Shown here in pieces: positions 40,701-49,889 of a DNA stretch of 64,000 nucleotides. Each line of letters begins with the position of its first letter. Within the stretch, counting starts at the first letter, position 1. The position numbers and the translations under genes are program-made. The notes under the pieces are model-generated. The model ran no database searches, was not told the DNA's origin, and worked only from the letters and a program-made list of their open reading frames with translations. The DNA lies in NCBI GenBank assembly GCA_963555995.3, contig OY821641.1, positions 3,648,001 through 3,712,000 of the forward strand, written 5' to 3'. This DNA is from Vicinamibacteria bacterium. Lineage in GTDB: Bacteria > Acidobacteriota > Vicinamibacteria > Marinacidobacterales > Marinacidobacteraceae.

Positions 40701-41638
40701 GTTCCAGCCTTCGCTATCCGAGGGACCTGAGCGCGACGGTGGATGCCGACCTGCGGCTCCTGGGCGATCAGGGCGGCCGCCTGCTCACCGGCGGGGTGAC
40801 CCTCGATGAGGCGGTCTGGAGCCGCGAGTACGAGTTCTTCGCCAGCGTCCTCGCCGACGTCAACAGCGTCGCACGTCCCGAGGAGACCGATGCGAGCGGG
40901 TTCCTGGACGAGCTGCGGATGGACGTCCAGGTGGCGACGGACTCTCCCTTCGCGGTCCGGAACTCCAGCTTTCAGCTCGATGCCGCGGCGAATTTCGGTC
41001 TCAGCGGAACCGCCGGGTCTCCGGCGGTGCTGGGTCGCGCCGACCTCGTCGGGGGTGAGGTGTACTTCGGCGCCCATCGCTTCCAGATCGCCCGTGGCCG
41101 GGCCGACTTCATTGATCCCGAGGGGATCCAGCCGGTGTTCGAAGTCGAGGCGGAAGCCACGGTCCGTAGCTACCGGGTGCGGCTCGCCGCCTCGGGAACC
41201 GCGGAACAGATCGAAACGAACCTGAGTTCCGAGCCGCCCCTGCGGGAGGCCGACATCTTCCGGCTCCTGGCGGGCGCTCCGGAACAGGATCTCCTGACGG
41301 CGGCGAGCGACGACCAACTCGCGGCGGCCTCCGCGGCGAGCCTGCTGAGCCAGCAGCTCAGCAACATGATCGGCCGGCGCGCCGGCCGGGTGTTCGGGAT
41401 CGACCGGGTGAGCGTTGATCCCTTCATGATCGGTCGCTTCAGTAACCCGACCGCGAGGGTCACGCTGGGCAAGCAGGTGACCCGGGACCTCAACGTCCGC
41501 TACTCCTCGAGCCTGTCGGACGCCGAGGAATCCATCATCGTGGTCGAGTACACCCCGAGCGGCCCCGTCTCCTGGATCTTCTCTCGGGATCAGGATGGTT
41601 CGCTGGGGGTGGACGTCCGTTTCCACCGGAGTTTCTAG
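37724..41638 (+). CDS. tamB: Translocation/assembly module TamB (AsmA-like) protein
   Basis: N-terminal TM anchor, long beta-rich body, C-terminal DUF490-like region (LSSEPPL, ARVTLGKQ, DVRFHRSF). Confidence 0.85.
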   Translation: MTSTAPNRRTRRFWLVLAGAAAASAVSLGVLLWVVSSLDQQRLGAYVTGRLSAVLGRPVAASGFEVSLRRGEFVVRGLQLGREPTEIGPPPPAFSIDRIRGRLSWRSFFPARLHLESLDVEGVGLWGLDDGGKPPPESAPLGPAIEAVAARLSFSSNRMTVSGTTIGYRNRPTPWEVRADDVAFSLQTGEAGGVDGEIRSGWGVIRLWERPDLPMALSSGFRIRGNDLHFDFLELRSDLLEVRFDGTMDMANDLDGRLRMVGSGDAGGLGRFLFEFEGMDTEGEPWLEFEGTAGFQENGLAIDGDFALPRSRFFGVPLRDWTGVVHWDPERVEILSSQGLASEGPATLRLLQVQPREENPAEILLSVRDGALAPALEGVFGTPAAIRSQVNLDADLRMPLADPGLMTGTIRATGLMPDETGPGELPLAFETDLRMDDTATDIHRVVLEGEAFRGSMEGRYPRSGDASIAATALAGESAEADAVQQELRRMLFGEDPETTFWDVAGAGGFEGVVRGRWPDLVLEGEVEGQMMRFSTIHTETLIATGRIERDAIFLDSLNARFGGGRISASGVFDRAAVEYPDMEFDADWEGWDAREIIDFLEWDLEADGITTGRSHTVRRDERYTGGGSVVGSDGHVLEQPFDEVAITWDMDGDTARLAPMSGVFREGAAEGVLDIGLVDWEMEGLVTGSDYPLTPGLAPEWISIRSDFRLEVGGDLLVPELLLEARVPNAAVLGLPLGPGDITGSVHGEDFEGSGALDSGAASFRMQGRVPLGTDGAGTVTIREVDVAPILFDAPAERGFQVVVGGSGDFHIEDPLDEWMTGAATLETLKITAPDFVAETGGPTTVRLQDARVHVEGLRLQHEGSQLALAGSIGLDDELLDLSLLGQTSLLATAPFLPWLSADGEFGLEASVVGPWTEPEVLGTGTMRNGSFRVEGFPHALSDVEGTVDFDQRTLRIAEVIGRMGGGEAVVSGSISVEDAEFAATDLRVQLTGSSLRYPRDLSATVDADLRLLGDQGGRLLTGGVTLDEAVWSREYEFFASVLADVNSVARPEETDASGFLDELRMDVQVATDSPFAVRNSSFQLDAAANFGLSGTAGSPAVLGRADLVGGEVYFGAHRFQIARGRADFIDPEGIQPVFEVEAEATVRSYRVRLAASGTAEQIETNLSSEPPLREADIFRLLAGAPEQDLLTAASDDQLAAASAASLLSQQLSNMIGRRAGRVFGIDRVSVDPFMIGRFSNPTARVTLGKQVTRDLNVRYSSSLSDAEESIIVVEYTPSGPVSWIFSRDQDGSLGVDVRFHRSF

Positions 41639-41645
41639 TCAGTCC

Positions 41646-44447
41646 GTGGTGAAAGCGCCCCGCCCGGGCCCTGCGGCGGCTCTGACCCGGAGTCCGGCGT
41701 TCAGCGTGCCGGTGGTTCTCCTTGCCGGCATCCTGTCGGCAACGTTCGCGGTCGCCGCCGGCGGGCAGGATGTGACCGGTCAGCCCGAGGATCCGCTCTC
41801 CCAGCGCGTGGACTCGGTCGTGGTCCGCTGGGCCGACGGGAGCACCGACCCGGTGCCCGACGAGGTCTCCCGACTGATTTCGGTGCGTCCGGGAACCCGT
41901 TTCCGTCCGCTGGTCGTGCGTCAGTCGGTGAAACAGGTGTTCGCGCTCGGCCGTTTCCGCGATGTCCGGGTGCGGTCCGAGGAAGCGGCGGACGGGGACC
42001 TGCGGCTGGTCTTCGAACTCGATCCCATTCCCCGAATCGCCCGTCTGAGCGTCGAGGGCGCTCCCTCCGGCGAGGACCTGAACCTGATCGCCACCCTTGA
42101 TCTCGAGGTCGGGGATTCCGTCCCGGAGGATCTGCCGGCTCGGGCGGAGGTCGGCGAAGACTGGCTTCGCTCACGCGGCTACGTGAGCGCGGAAGTGAAC
42201 ATCCGGACCGTTCCGGACGGGCGGGATGCGCTGCTCGAGGTGGTGGTGGCCGCCACTGACCGGGCCCGGGTGGCCTCGATCGAGGCCCTCGGGGTGGACG
42301 ATGACCTGGGCCGCAACCTCATCTCGGCGCTGGGCATCTCGCGGGACGATCCCTGGATCGAGGCGGACGTCACGGCGCGACTGCCGGAGGTGGAGGAAAG
42401 GCTCCGGGATCGTGGCTTCCTGTTCGCCACGGCTGGCCTCGATTGGAGGCCGACCGACGCGGGGGACGTCCTGGTCGTTCTCTCCGTGGATCGCGGCCCC
42501 GCAGTAGCCCTGGAAGTGCAGGGGTTCGGTCCTGCTCAGGGAGACGCCCAGGGCGTCGTGGACGGCCTTTCCGCACAGACCCTCACGCTCGATGGGATCG
42601 AAGGCGCCAGGCAGGAGCTTCTCGACGAGCTCCGGCGCGAGGGACGGCGGGACGGCGCCGTCACGGTGGAGAGCGTGGAGAGCGCGGACGGCGGACACCG
42701 AACCTTCCTGTTCTCCGCCGATCCGGGCCCTCGCTACGTCGTCGGCGCCGTCTCGTCGGAGGGTGCGCCCCCCGAGGAGGCCGACGCCGTCGCCGAAGTC
42801 CTGCTGCCGCTCCGGCCCGGCCGCCCCTACCGTGAGGAGGAGTGGCGGGCGCTGACCGAGAGCGTGCGCCGAACGCTCCGTGGCCTGGGCTATTTCGAGG
42901 CCGATGTGGTCCCGCTCCCGCCCCAGCCCGGGGAACCCGGGGACGATGCCCTTTCCCTGGATCTCCGGGTCCGGATCGAGCCGGGTCCGGCCGCCTCCGT
43001 CGCGGCGGTGCGCTTCGAGGGGAGCGCCGCGTTCACTGACGCCGAGCTGGCGGAGGTGGTCGCCCTGGCGCCCGGTGCGCCCTACGTGGCCGAAGAGATC
43101 GTGGGCGCCCGCGAAGACCTGGAGACGTTCCATCGGAATCGGGGATACCTGGAGGCGGTGGTGGAGGTCGAGGCGCCAGTGGATCCGGTCACTCACGAGG
43201 CCGAGGTCGTCTTCCGGATCCGTCCGGGGAGCTACTTCACCGTCGGCGGCATCATCGTGGCGGGCCTCGGCACCACGCGGGACTCCGTGATCCGCTCGCG
43301 TCTTCCCTTTGCGGAGGGGGATGCACTGGGGAGCGGCGATCTGCTGGAGGTGCGCCGGCGCCTCGTGTCCATGGGGATTTTTCGCAGCGTGGACGTGAAT
43401 CTGCTGGAACCCGAGGAACCGATCAGTGAACGGAACGTGTTGATCCGGGTGGCGGAGGGTCCCCGCACCAGCATCGGCTACGGCGCCGGCTACAGCGAGC
43501 GCGAGCAAGTCCGGGGAGAGGGCGAATGGACCCGGAACAACCTCTTCGGGATGGGCCACACCCTGAGCCTCTTCGGCCGGTTCTCGCTCAGGGGCACGCG
43601 CATGGTGGCGACCTACCGGGGGGCGGAGAGCGTCGAGGGCGAGATCCCCATTTTCGTGAGCGCGTTCCGGGAGTCGCAGGACCGGGAGAGTCTCGACTTC
43701 ATCCGCTCCGGCATCGGGGTCCAGGTGACCCGCAGGATCCTGGGGCGGAACGTGTTCCTGCGCTACGACCTGACCACCAGCGAGTTGTTCGACCTGAAGA
43801 TCAACCCGATCCAGATCGATCGCAACTTCGCCGACAACCTCTGGCTCTCGGCGGTTTCGGCGTCGGTGGTCACGGACACCCGCGACGATCCCGTGGACCC
43901 CCGCCGGGGCCGGTTCGGAATCGTGGACGTGGAGTGGTCATCGGCGCTCCTCCGGTCCCGGGCGCCCTTCCTGAAGGGGCTGGGGCAGCAGTATCTGTTC
44001 TTTCCGGTCGGCGAAGCGGTCGTCCTCGCCGTCAGCGGGCGGCTCGGCCTCGCGTGGACGCTGGGTGCGGACCAGCCCGCCCTGGTTCCCATCACCGAGC
44101 GGTTCTTCGCCGGGGGAGCCACCAGCCTGCGCGGCTACAAGCTGGACCGCGCCGGACCGCTCGATCCGAGCGGGTACCCGGTCGGCGGGAACATGCTCAT
44201 CGTGGGCAACATCGAGGCTCGGTTCCCCATCGTGGGGAGCCTCCGCGGCGCCGTGTTCTCGGATCACGGCGGCGTTTACAGCGAGGTCCGTTCGTTCCGC
44301 CTGCCGGACCTGGGGCACAACGTCGGCGCCGGGCTCCGCTGGAACACCCCGCTGGGGCCACTCCGCTTCGACTACGGAGTCCGGCTGGGCGACATCGGCG
44401 ACGCCCCGCGGGGGCAGTGGCACTTCACGATCGGCCACGCCTTCTAA
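41646..44447 (+). CDS. Omp85 family outer-membrane protein with POTRA domains (BamA/TamA-like)
   Basis: Repeated POTRA RGY motifs; ERFFAGGATSLRGY, GLRWNTPLGPLRFDYG and terminal IGHAF; start uncertain. Confidence 0.9.
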   Translation: MVKAPRPGPAAALTRSPAFSVPVVLLAGILSATFAVAAGGQDVTGQPEDPLSQRVDSVVVRWADGSTDPVPDEVSRLISVRPGTRFRPLVVRQSVKQVFALGRFRDVRVRSEEAADGDLRLVFELDPIPRIARLSVEGAPSGEDLNLIATLDLEVGDSVPEDLPARAEVGEDWLRSRGYVSAEVNIRTVPDGRDALLEVVVAATDRARVASIEALGVDDDLGRNLISALGISRDDPWIEADVTARLPEVEERLRDRGFLFATAGLDWRPTDAGDVLVVLSVDRGPAVALEVQGFGPAQGDAQGVVDGLSAQTLTLDGIEGARQELLDELRREGRRDGAVTVESVESADGGHRTFLFSADPGPRYVVGAVSSEGAPPEEADAVAEVLLPLRPGRPYREEEWRALTESVRRTLRGLGYFEADVVPLPPQPGEPGDDALSLDLRVRIEPGPAASVAAVRFEGSAAFTDAELAEVVALAPGAPYVAEEIVGAREDLETFHRNRGYLEAVVEVEAPVDPVTHEAEVVFRIRPGSYFTVGGIIVAGLGTTRDSVIRSRLPFAEGDALGSGDLLEVRRRLVSMGIFRSVDVNLLEPEEPISERNVLIRVAEGPRTSIGYGAGYSEREQVRGEGEWTRNNLFGMGHTLSLFGRFSLRGTRMVATYRGAESVEGEIPIFVSAFRESQDRESLDFIRSGIGVQVTRRILGRNVFLRYDLTTSELFDLKINPIQIDRNFADNLWLSAVSASVVTDTRDDPVDPRRGRFGIVDVEWSSALLRSRAPFLKGLGQQYLFFPVGEAVVLAVSGRLGLAWTLGADQPALVPITERFFAGGATSLRGYKLDRAGPLDPSGYPVGGNMLIVGNIEARFPIVGSLRGAVFSDHGGVYSEVRSFRLPDLGHNVGAGLRWNTPLGPLRFDYGVRLGDIGDAPRGQWHFTIGHAF

Positions 44448-44511
44448 CGGCTTGGAACGCCGGTCTCCAGACCGGCACGCGCGGTGTTCCGCACCGCGCA
44501 CGACGCAACCC
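44448..44511 (+). repeat. REP-like element (family 1) directly after the Omp85 stop codon
   Basis: CGGCTTGGAACGCCGGTCTCCAGACCGGCACGCGCGG. Confidence 0.85.
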
Positions 44512-44573
44512 CGATGTGCCTGGTGGGGCTCTCGGGAACCGGCAACCGACCCTGGCTGTGCCAGACTGTCCCC

Positions 44574-45356
44574 GTGCGGAGCCACGGCCGAATCGCGGGG
44601 AGGCGCCTGAACTCCTTCAAGCGCCGCTTCCGGTGGTCCGTCCGCCTCGTGTCGGGCGTCGTCCTGGCGCTCTGCCCCGTCCCGGCGCTCTCGGGAGGCG
44701 GCGGCTCGGGCGCGCTCGCGCAGGTCCAGCCGGGCGCGGAGGTCGCGCCGGTTGACCGGATCCTCGCGGTCGTGAATGGCGAACCGATCACTTACTCGGA
44801 AGTCATGGAGGCGATCGCCCTCCTGCCCGGGGCGACGCCGCCCCCGACCCTCGAAGAAGCGCTGGAGCGCCTTATTGATGCGAGGCTCATGGAGCACGAG
44901 GCCCGCCGGTATCTGCAGGAGCCGCCGTCGGAAGAGGAGGGCGAGGCGACGCTGCGGGCCCTTATGGACCGCTTCGCGACCGCCGAGGACTACCGCGCCA
45001 CGCTGCGCCGCCTCGGCATCGCCGAGGACTATCTGCGGAAGCGGATCCAGCGGGAACTGATCGTGGACCGCTACGTGGACCGCCGTTTCCGGCCGCTGGT
45101 GCAGGTGGCCCAGCGAGACGTCGAGGAGTACTACCGGGCCGTGCTGCTTCCGGACCTGCCCGCCGGCTCGCCAACAACTTTGGTTGAAGTGGAGCCGCTG
45201 ATTCGGAATATACTTGAACAGCGCGATCTGAACCGCCGGATTTCCGCTTGGGTGGACGAGTTGAAGTCCAGCGCCAGCATCGTGCGGCTGCCGCTCCCCG
45301 AGCCGCCCCAGTTCAACTGCCGGTTCGATTGCCAGTCGGATTCAACGTCGGGCTGA
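44574..45356 (+). CDS. SurA N-terminal-domain-like periplasmic chaperone
   Basis: DRILAVVNGEPITYSEV, LERLID..L..EA and WVDELKSSA motifs; start uncertain. Confidence 0.75.
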   Translation: MRSHGRIAGRRLNSFKRRFRWSVRLVSGVVLALCPVPALSGGGGSGALAQVQPGAEVAPVDRILAVVNGEPITYSEVMEAIALLPGATPPPTLEEALERLIDARLMEHEARRYLQEPPSEEEGEATLRALMDRFATAEDYRATLRRLGIAEDYLRKRIQRELIVDRYVDRRFRPLVQVAQRDVEEYYRAVLLPDLPAGSPTTLVEVEPLIRNILEQRDLNRRISAWVDELKSSASIVRLPLPEPPQFNCRFDCQSDSTSG

Positions 45357-45521
45357 ATCGTTCGGTCCCGCCGGGGCGTTCGAAGGTTCCTTCCGCGGGG
45401 AAGGGAACTCTTGGCTTGGGTGCGGCGTTATTCCCTTATCCGTGGGTGAGGAGGAGCGATCACCTCGTTCACGGGTGACCCAGGATTCCGCTCGGAGACG
45501 GAGCGGTCGGAGCAGTGAGGA

Positions 45522-45537
45522 TGGCACACTGCGTGCT
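45522..45537 (+). promoter_or_regulatory. Candidate sigma54 (-24/-12) promoter of the sigma factor gene
   Basis: TGGCAC-ACTGC-GTGCT (GG-N10-GC), 52 nt upstream of ATG 45590. Confidence 0.5.
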
Positions 45538-45589
45538 TATCACGCGATAGACACAAAGTAGGCCAACAAGGAGTTATCTGGAGGGCGCT

Positions 45590-46624
45590 ATGGACCCTAC
45601 GAGTACGGATTACGAAACCATCGAATTTGTCGACGAGGCGTTCGAGCTCGAGGAAGAAGAGGAAGAGTCCACTGAGGACGAGGTGGACGAGGCGAGGGAA
45701 CTCGGCCTCGCTGCCGACACGCACCAGACCGGCGATCTGGATTCGATGGGCCTCTATCTTCGGGACACGCACCGGCACCGGCTGCTGACCAAGAATGACG
45801 AGCAGCGCTACAGCCGGGCCATGCAGAAGGCCTGGCGCGAGATAGAGAGCTCGGAGGACCCGTCGAATCAGGACCTCGCGGCCTTCTACCGGAACCGCGA
45901 AAAGATGATCGAGGGGAATCTGCGCCTCGTCATCTCCATCGCCAAGCAGTCCCGAGGGAAGGGACTCCCGCTGGGTGATCTCATTCAGGAAGGGAACATC
46001 GGACTCATGCAGGCGGTTCGCAAGTTCGAACCCGAGCGGAACCTCAAGTTCTCCACCTACGCGACGTGGTGGATCCGGCAGGCGATCTGGCGCGCGCTTT
46101 CGCAGAAGTCCCGCACCATCAAGGTCCCGATCAACAAGCTGGATCTCCATCGCAAGGCTTCCAAGGTCAGGGCGGAGCTCGAGCAGCGGTACCGGAACGA
46201 TCCGGCGCGCCGCGGCAAGCGTCAGTTCCCGTCCACCGATGATGTCGCCCGCGAGATCGGCGTGCCGCCGGAGAGGCTTCGCGACGCGCTCCGTTCGGTA
46301 CCCCAGATTGACTCGCTCGATGCGCCGCTGGTTCCCGACGGGACACCGCGGATCCAGTTGACCCCCGATCCGGACCAGCTGAACCCGATCGAAGGGGTCA
46401 CGGACGCCGAGCAGCGCCGGCACGTGCGGGATGCCATTTCGGACCTCCCGGACCGGTTGCAGCACGTGCTCAAGCGCCGCTTCGGGATCCTGGGCGGTCC
46501 GGAGGCGAACCTGGAGGAGATCGGCCGGGAGCTGCACCTCACCCGGGAGCGGGTGCGGCAGCTCGAGGCGGAAGCGCTCACGCGGCTTCGCCAGGATCCG
46601 CGCCTCCGCGTCTCGGCGAACTGA
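45590..46624 (+). CDS. Sigma-70 family factor, RpoD/RpoS-like lacking region 1.1
   Basis: [40 protein letters not shown] and TRERVRQLE motifs. Confidence 0.93.
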   Translation: MDPTSTDYETIEFVDEAFELEEEEEESTEDEVDEARELGLAADTHQTGDLDSMGLYLRDTHRHRLLTKNDEQRYSRAMQKAWREIESSEDPSNQDLAAFYRNREKMIEGNLRLVISIAKQSRGKGLPLGDLIQEGNIGLMQAVRKFEPERNLKFSTYATWWIRQAIWRALSQKSRTIKVPINKLDLHRKASKVRAELEQRYRNDPARRGKRQFPSTDDVAREIGVPPERLRDALRSVPQIDSLDAPLVPDGTPRIQLTPDPDQLNPIEGVTDAEQRRHVRDAISDLPDRLQHVLKRRFGILGGPEANLEEIGRELHLTRERVRQLEAEALTRLRQDPRLRVSAN

Positions 46625-46644
46625 CCCGCGGCCGGGCGGCGCAC

Positions 46645-46712
46645 CGGCTTGGAACGCCGGTCTCCAGACCGGCACGCGCGGTGCTCCGCACCGCGCACGC
46701 CGCGACGCCAAC
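46645..46712 (+). repeat. REP-like element (family 1)
   Basis: GGCTTGGAACGCCGGTCTCCAGACCGGCACGCGCGGTGCTCCGCACCGCGCACG. Confidence 0.85.
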
Positions 46713-46773
46713 CCGCCGAGTGGCTCCCTGCCCGGTCGTCCGCCCGAACGGGCCCGCCAGATACGATGGCGCG

Positions 46774-48384
46774 ATGCGCCGTCCTCAGCCTTTCCCCACC
46801 GCCTTGCTGGCCGGGGCGCTCGCCGCCCTGGCCTTGTTGTTCGCCGCCCGCAGCGATGCCGGGCAGCCGCGTGAGATCGAACTCACCACCGCCACCATCG
46901 CCGAGATCAATGAGGCGGTGGATGCCGGCGTCCTGACCGCCGAGCGGCTCGTCGAGCTGTGTCTGGCGCGAATCGCCGCCTACGACGACCAGGGGCCACG
47001 GATTAACGCCGTCATCTCGGTGAACCCGAACGCCCGGGCGCGGGCCCGGGAGATGGACGCCGAACGGGAGCGTTCGGGGCGCCGCTCACCGCTGCACGGG
47101 ATCCCGGTCCTCCTCAAGGACAACTTCGACACCGCGGACATTCCCACCACCGCGGGGTCCTTCCTGCTTCAGGACTCGCGCCCGCCGGACGACGCCTTCG
47201 TGGTGCGGAAACTGCGGGAGGCTGGCGCGATCGTCCTGGCGAAGGTGAACCTGAGCGAGTTCGCCTCCGGCGGCGCCATGAGTTCGCTCGGCGGAATCAC
47301 CCGGAATCCGCACGATCCCGCCCGCACGCCCGCCGGTTCGTCGGGCGGCACCGGCGCGGCGGTCGCGGCCGGGTACGGCTTCGTCGGGTTGGGTTCGGAC
47401 ACCGGGGGTTCCATTCGCGGTCCCTCCACCGCGAACGGACTGGCGGGGCTCAAACCGACCCTCGGGCTCCTGAGCCGCGACGGCATCGTGCCCCTGGCGC
47501 TCTCCTTCGACACCGGCGGACCGATGGCGCGCAGCGTGTACGACGTGGCGGTCTCGCTCGGAACCATGGTGGGCGTGGATGAGGCGGATGCGGCGACGTC
47601 GAGGAGCGCCGGGCAGTTCCACGACGACTACACGCAGTTCCTCGACGCGGAGGCGCTCTCCGGGGCGCGGCTGGGGGTGGCCCGCGATTTCATGGGTACC
47701 GACCGCGAGGTGGACTGGGCGATCGAGGCGGCGCTCGATGCGATGCGCGACGCCGGGGCTGAGGTCGTGGACGTGCGCTTTCCGGAGTGGCTGCTGGAGG
47801 TCGAGAGCGACTTCTACCTGGCGGTGCGCTGGCCGGAGTTCCGCCAGCAGATCGCCGAGTACCTGCGCGACCTGGGGGACGGTTATCCGCAAACGCTCGA
47901 CGAGCTGGTCGAGCGCTCCATGCGGCTTCCCTCCCGCGGAGACGGGCTGCGTCCCAACCCGGGACGCTGGAGCCTGTTCCTCCGTGAGAACGCGAGCGGG
48001 GAGGTCACCGACTACGCCCACGTCGCGGTGCGGGAGCACGCGCTCCCGCTGGTCCGTGCCCTGGTGGAAGGCCTGATGGACCAGGAAGACCTCGACGCCA
48101 TCGTCTATCCGACGTCTCCGACGCGTCCGGCCCTCCTCGATCGTCCCCCGGATCTCTACGGGCCCTCGCCCGTGCGCCTCGCCAACATGAGCGGGTTTCC
48201 GGACCTGATCGTGCCCGCGGGGTTCACCGGGGGAGGGCTCCCGGTGGGCATCTCGTTCCTGGGCCGGGCGTTCAGCGAGCCTCGGCTTCTCGCCCTCGGC
48301 TACGCGTTCGAGCAGCGGGTGAAGGCCCACCGGGTCCCCGCGCACACGCCGCCGCTGCCGGGCGAGCGGATCACCATTCCGTGA
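46774..48384 (+). CDS. Secreted amidase-signature family enzyme
   Basis: Signal peptide; LHGIPVLLKDN, GSSGGTGAA and GSDTGGSIRGP motifs (Lys-cisSer-Ser triad). Confidence 0.9.
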   Translation: MRRPQPFPTALLAGALAALALLFAARSDAGQPREIELTTATIAEINEAVDAGVLTAERLVELCLARIAAYDDQGPRINAVISVNPNARARAREMDAERERSGRRSPLHGIPVLLKDNFDTADIPTTAGSFLLQDSRPPDDAFVVRKLREAGAIVLAKVNLSEFASGGAMSSLGGITRNPHDPARTPAGSSGGTGAAVAAGYGFVGLGSDTGGSIRGPSTANGLAGLKPTLGLLSRDGIVPLALSFDTGGPMARSVYDVAVSLGTMVGVDEADAATSRSAGQFHDDYTQFLDAEALSGARLGVARDFMGTDREVDWAIEAALDAMRDAGAEVVDVRFPEWLLEVESDFYLAVRWPEFRQQIAEYLRDLGDGYPQTLDELVERSMRLPSRGDGLRPNPGRWSLFLRENASGEVTDYAHVAVREHALPLVRALVEGLMDQEDLDAIVYPTSPTRPALLDRPPDLYGPSPVRLANMSGFPDLIVPAGFTGGGLPVGISFLGRAFSEPRLLALGYAFEQRVKAHRVPAHTPPLPGERITIP

Positions 48385-48397
48385 TCCTCCGTATTCC

Positions 48398-49348
48398 CTA
48401 ATCCGGGATCCGCAACACCCCTTCGGCGACCTCCACCGCCTGTCCGCCGACGCGGACCAGCGAGGGCTGGCCGCCTTCGCGTTCGACCTCCACGTGGATC
48501 GAGCTGGGACGGCCCATCTCGTAGCCCTGTTCGATCACGAGGCGCACCGGATCCCGGTCCCCGTTCTCGACCAGTCCGTGACGGACCAGCCAGGCGCCCA
48601 GCGCGCCCGCGGCGCTGCCGGTCGCCGGGTCTTCGTGGACGCCGAGTCCCGGGGCGAACATCCGGGCGTGCGCGGCGCTCTCCTCACGGGCGCACTGGGT
48701 GGAGAAGACCATCATGCAGTCGGAGCCGATCTCCTCGCGGCTCAGTAGCGCCTGCGCGGCCACCGGGTCCAGTTCGAGTTTCTCGATGCTGCGCAGCGAC
48801 CGCACCGGCACCATCAACTGGGGGAGCGCCGTCGAGACGACCTGCGCCGGCCGCCCGTCGGGAAGGAGCTCGTCGGCGCCGATACCGAGGCAGCCGGCAA
48901 GCGAACCCCGGTCGGTGAACTCGGCGAAGAAGCGGGGGGGCGCCTGCGTCATGACGACCTGCTCCACCTCGCCGCCGGAGACCCGGATGTCCACCGGAAG
49001 TACGCCGGCGCCGCATTCCTGGTGGATGCGGTGGAGGCCGGTGCCGAGGTTCCGGAGGGCCTCGCCGAGGCCCAGTTCTCCGCGCCGGGCGAGCACGAAG
49101 AAGGTTCCCACCACGGGGTGGCCCGCGAGCGGGAGTTCCGTGTTGGGGGTGAAGATGCGCAGGCGGCAGAGCGCCTGCACATCCGTCGGCGGCAGCACGA
49201 ACGCGGTCTCCGAGAGATTCATTTCGGCGGCGATCCGCTGCATCTCTTCGCCCGACAGCCCTTCCGCGCCGGTGACGATGGCGAGCGGATTCCCGGCAAA
49301 CGCGCGGTCGGTGAAGACGTCCGCCTGAAGGAACCGGTATTCGCGCAC
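48398..49348 (-). CDS. PhzF family isomerase/epimerase
   Basis: DVFT..FAGNPL, NLSETAF, RIFTP..ELPLAGHP and EDPATGSA motifs. Confidence 0.92.
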   Translation of the reverse strand: MREYRFLQADVFTDRAFAGNPLAIVTGAEGLSGEEMQRIAAEMNLSETAFVLPPTDVQALCRLRIFTPNTELPLAGHPVVGTFFVLARRGELGLGEALRNLGTGLHRIHQECGAGVLPVDIRVSGGEVEQVVMTQAPPRFFAEFTDRGSLAGCLGIGADELLPDGRPAQVVSTALPQLMVPVRSLRSIEKLELDPVAAQALLSREEIGSDCMMVFSTQCAREESAAHARMFAPGLGVHEDPATGSAAGALGAWLVRHGLVENGDRDPVRLVIEQGYEMGRPSSIHVEVEREGGQPSLVRVGGQAVEVAEGVLRIPD

Positions 49349-49361
49349 GAACGCCCCGAGT

Positions 49362-49847
49362 CTATCTGTTGGGGTGAAAGAGCGAGCCGCTCCGGTCGGG
49401 TCGTGGCGCTTGCCGCCCTTGCCGGAGGGCTTCTTCCGACGCGAGGGTATGGGCCCTTTCGTTCCCCGGGTGGCCAGCGTGACCCCGGACCCACTGGAAC
49501 CGCACGGCGGGCCGCTTCCGGCGCGCGTCGTCCAGGCGCCGCCACAGGTCGGCGTTCTTGACCGGGCGGCGGTTCGCGGTCTGCCAGCCGCGCCGGACCC
49601 AGGACGGAAGCCACTCGGTGATGCCCTTGACCACGTACTGACTGTCGCAGAACACGGTGGCCGAGGCCCCGTCCGGCACCGCTTCCACCGCCCGGATCGC
49701 GGCGGTGAGTTCCATCCGGTTGTTCGTGGTGTTCGGTTCACCCCCCGAGAGGACCCGCTCCTCTCCGGCAGCGGTCAGGATCACCGCCGCCCATCCCCCC
49801 GGGCCGGGGTTCCCGAGGCAGGAGCCGTCGCACGCGATCTGCAACAT
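49362..49847 (-). CDS. rnhA: Ribonuclease HI
   Basis: DGSCLGNPGPGGW, TTNNRMEL, DSQYV and WVRGHAGHPGNE motifs. Confidence 0.95.
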   Translation of the reverse strand: MLQIACDGSCLGNPGPGGWAAVILTAAGEERVLSGGEPNTTNNRMELTAAIRAVEAVPDGASATVFCDSQYVVKGITEWLPSWVRRGWQTANRRPVKNADLWRRLDDARRKRPAVRFQWVRGHAGHPGNERAHTLASEEALRQGRQAPRPDRSGSLFHPNR

Positions 49848-49889
49848 CCGCTGGGTATCCTATGTGGCGGGTTCCTTCTCCCCATTCGG

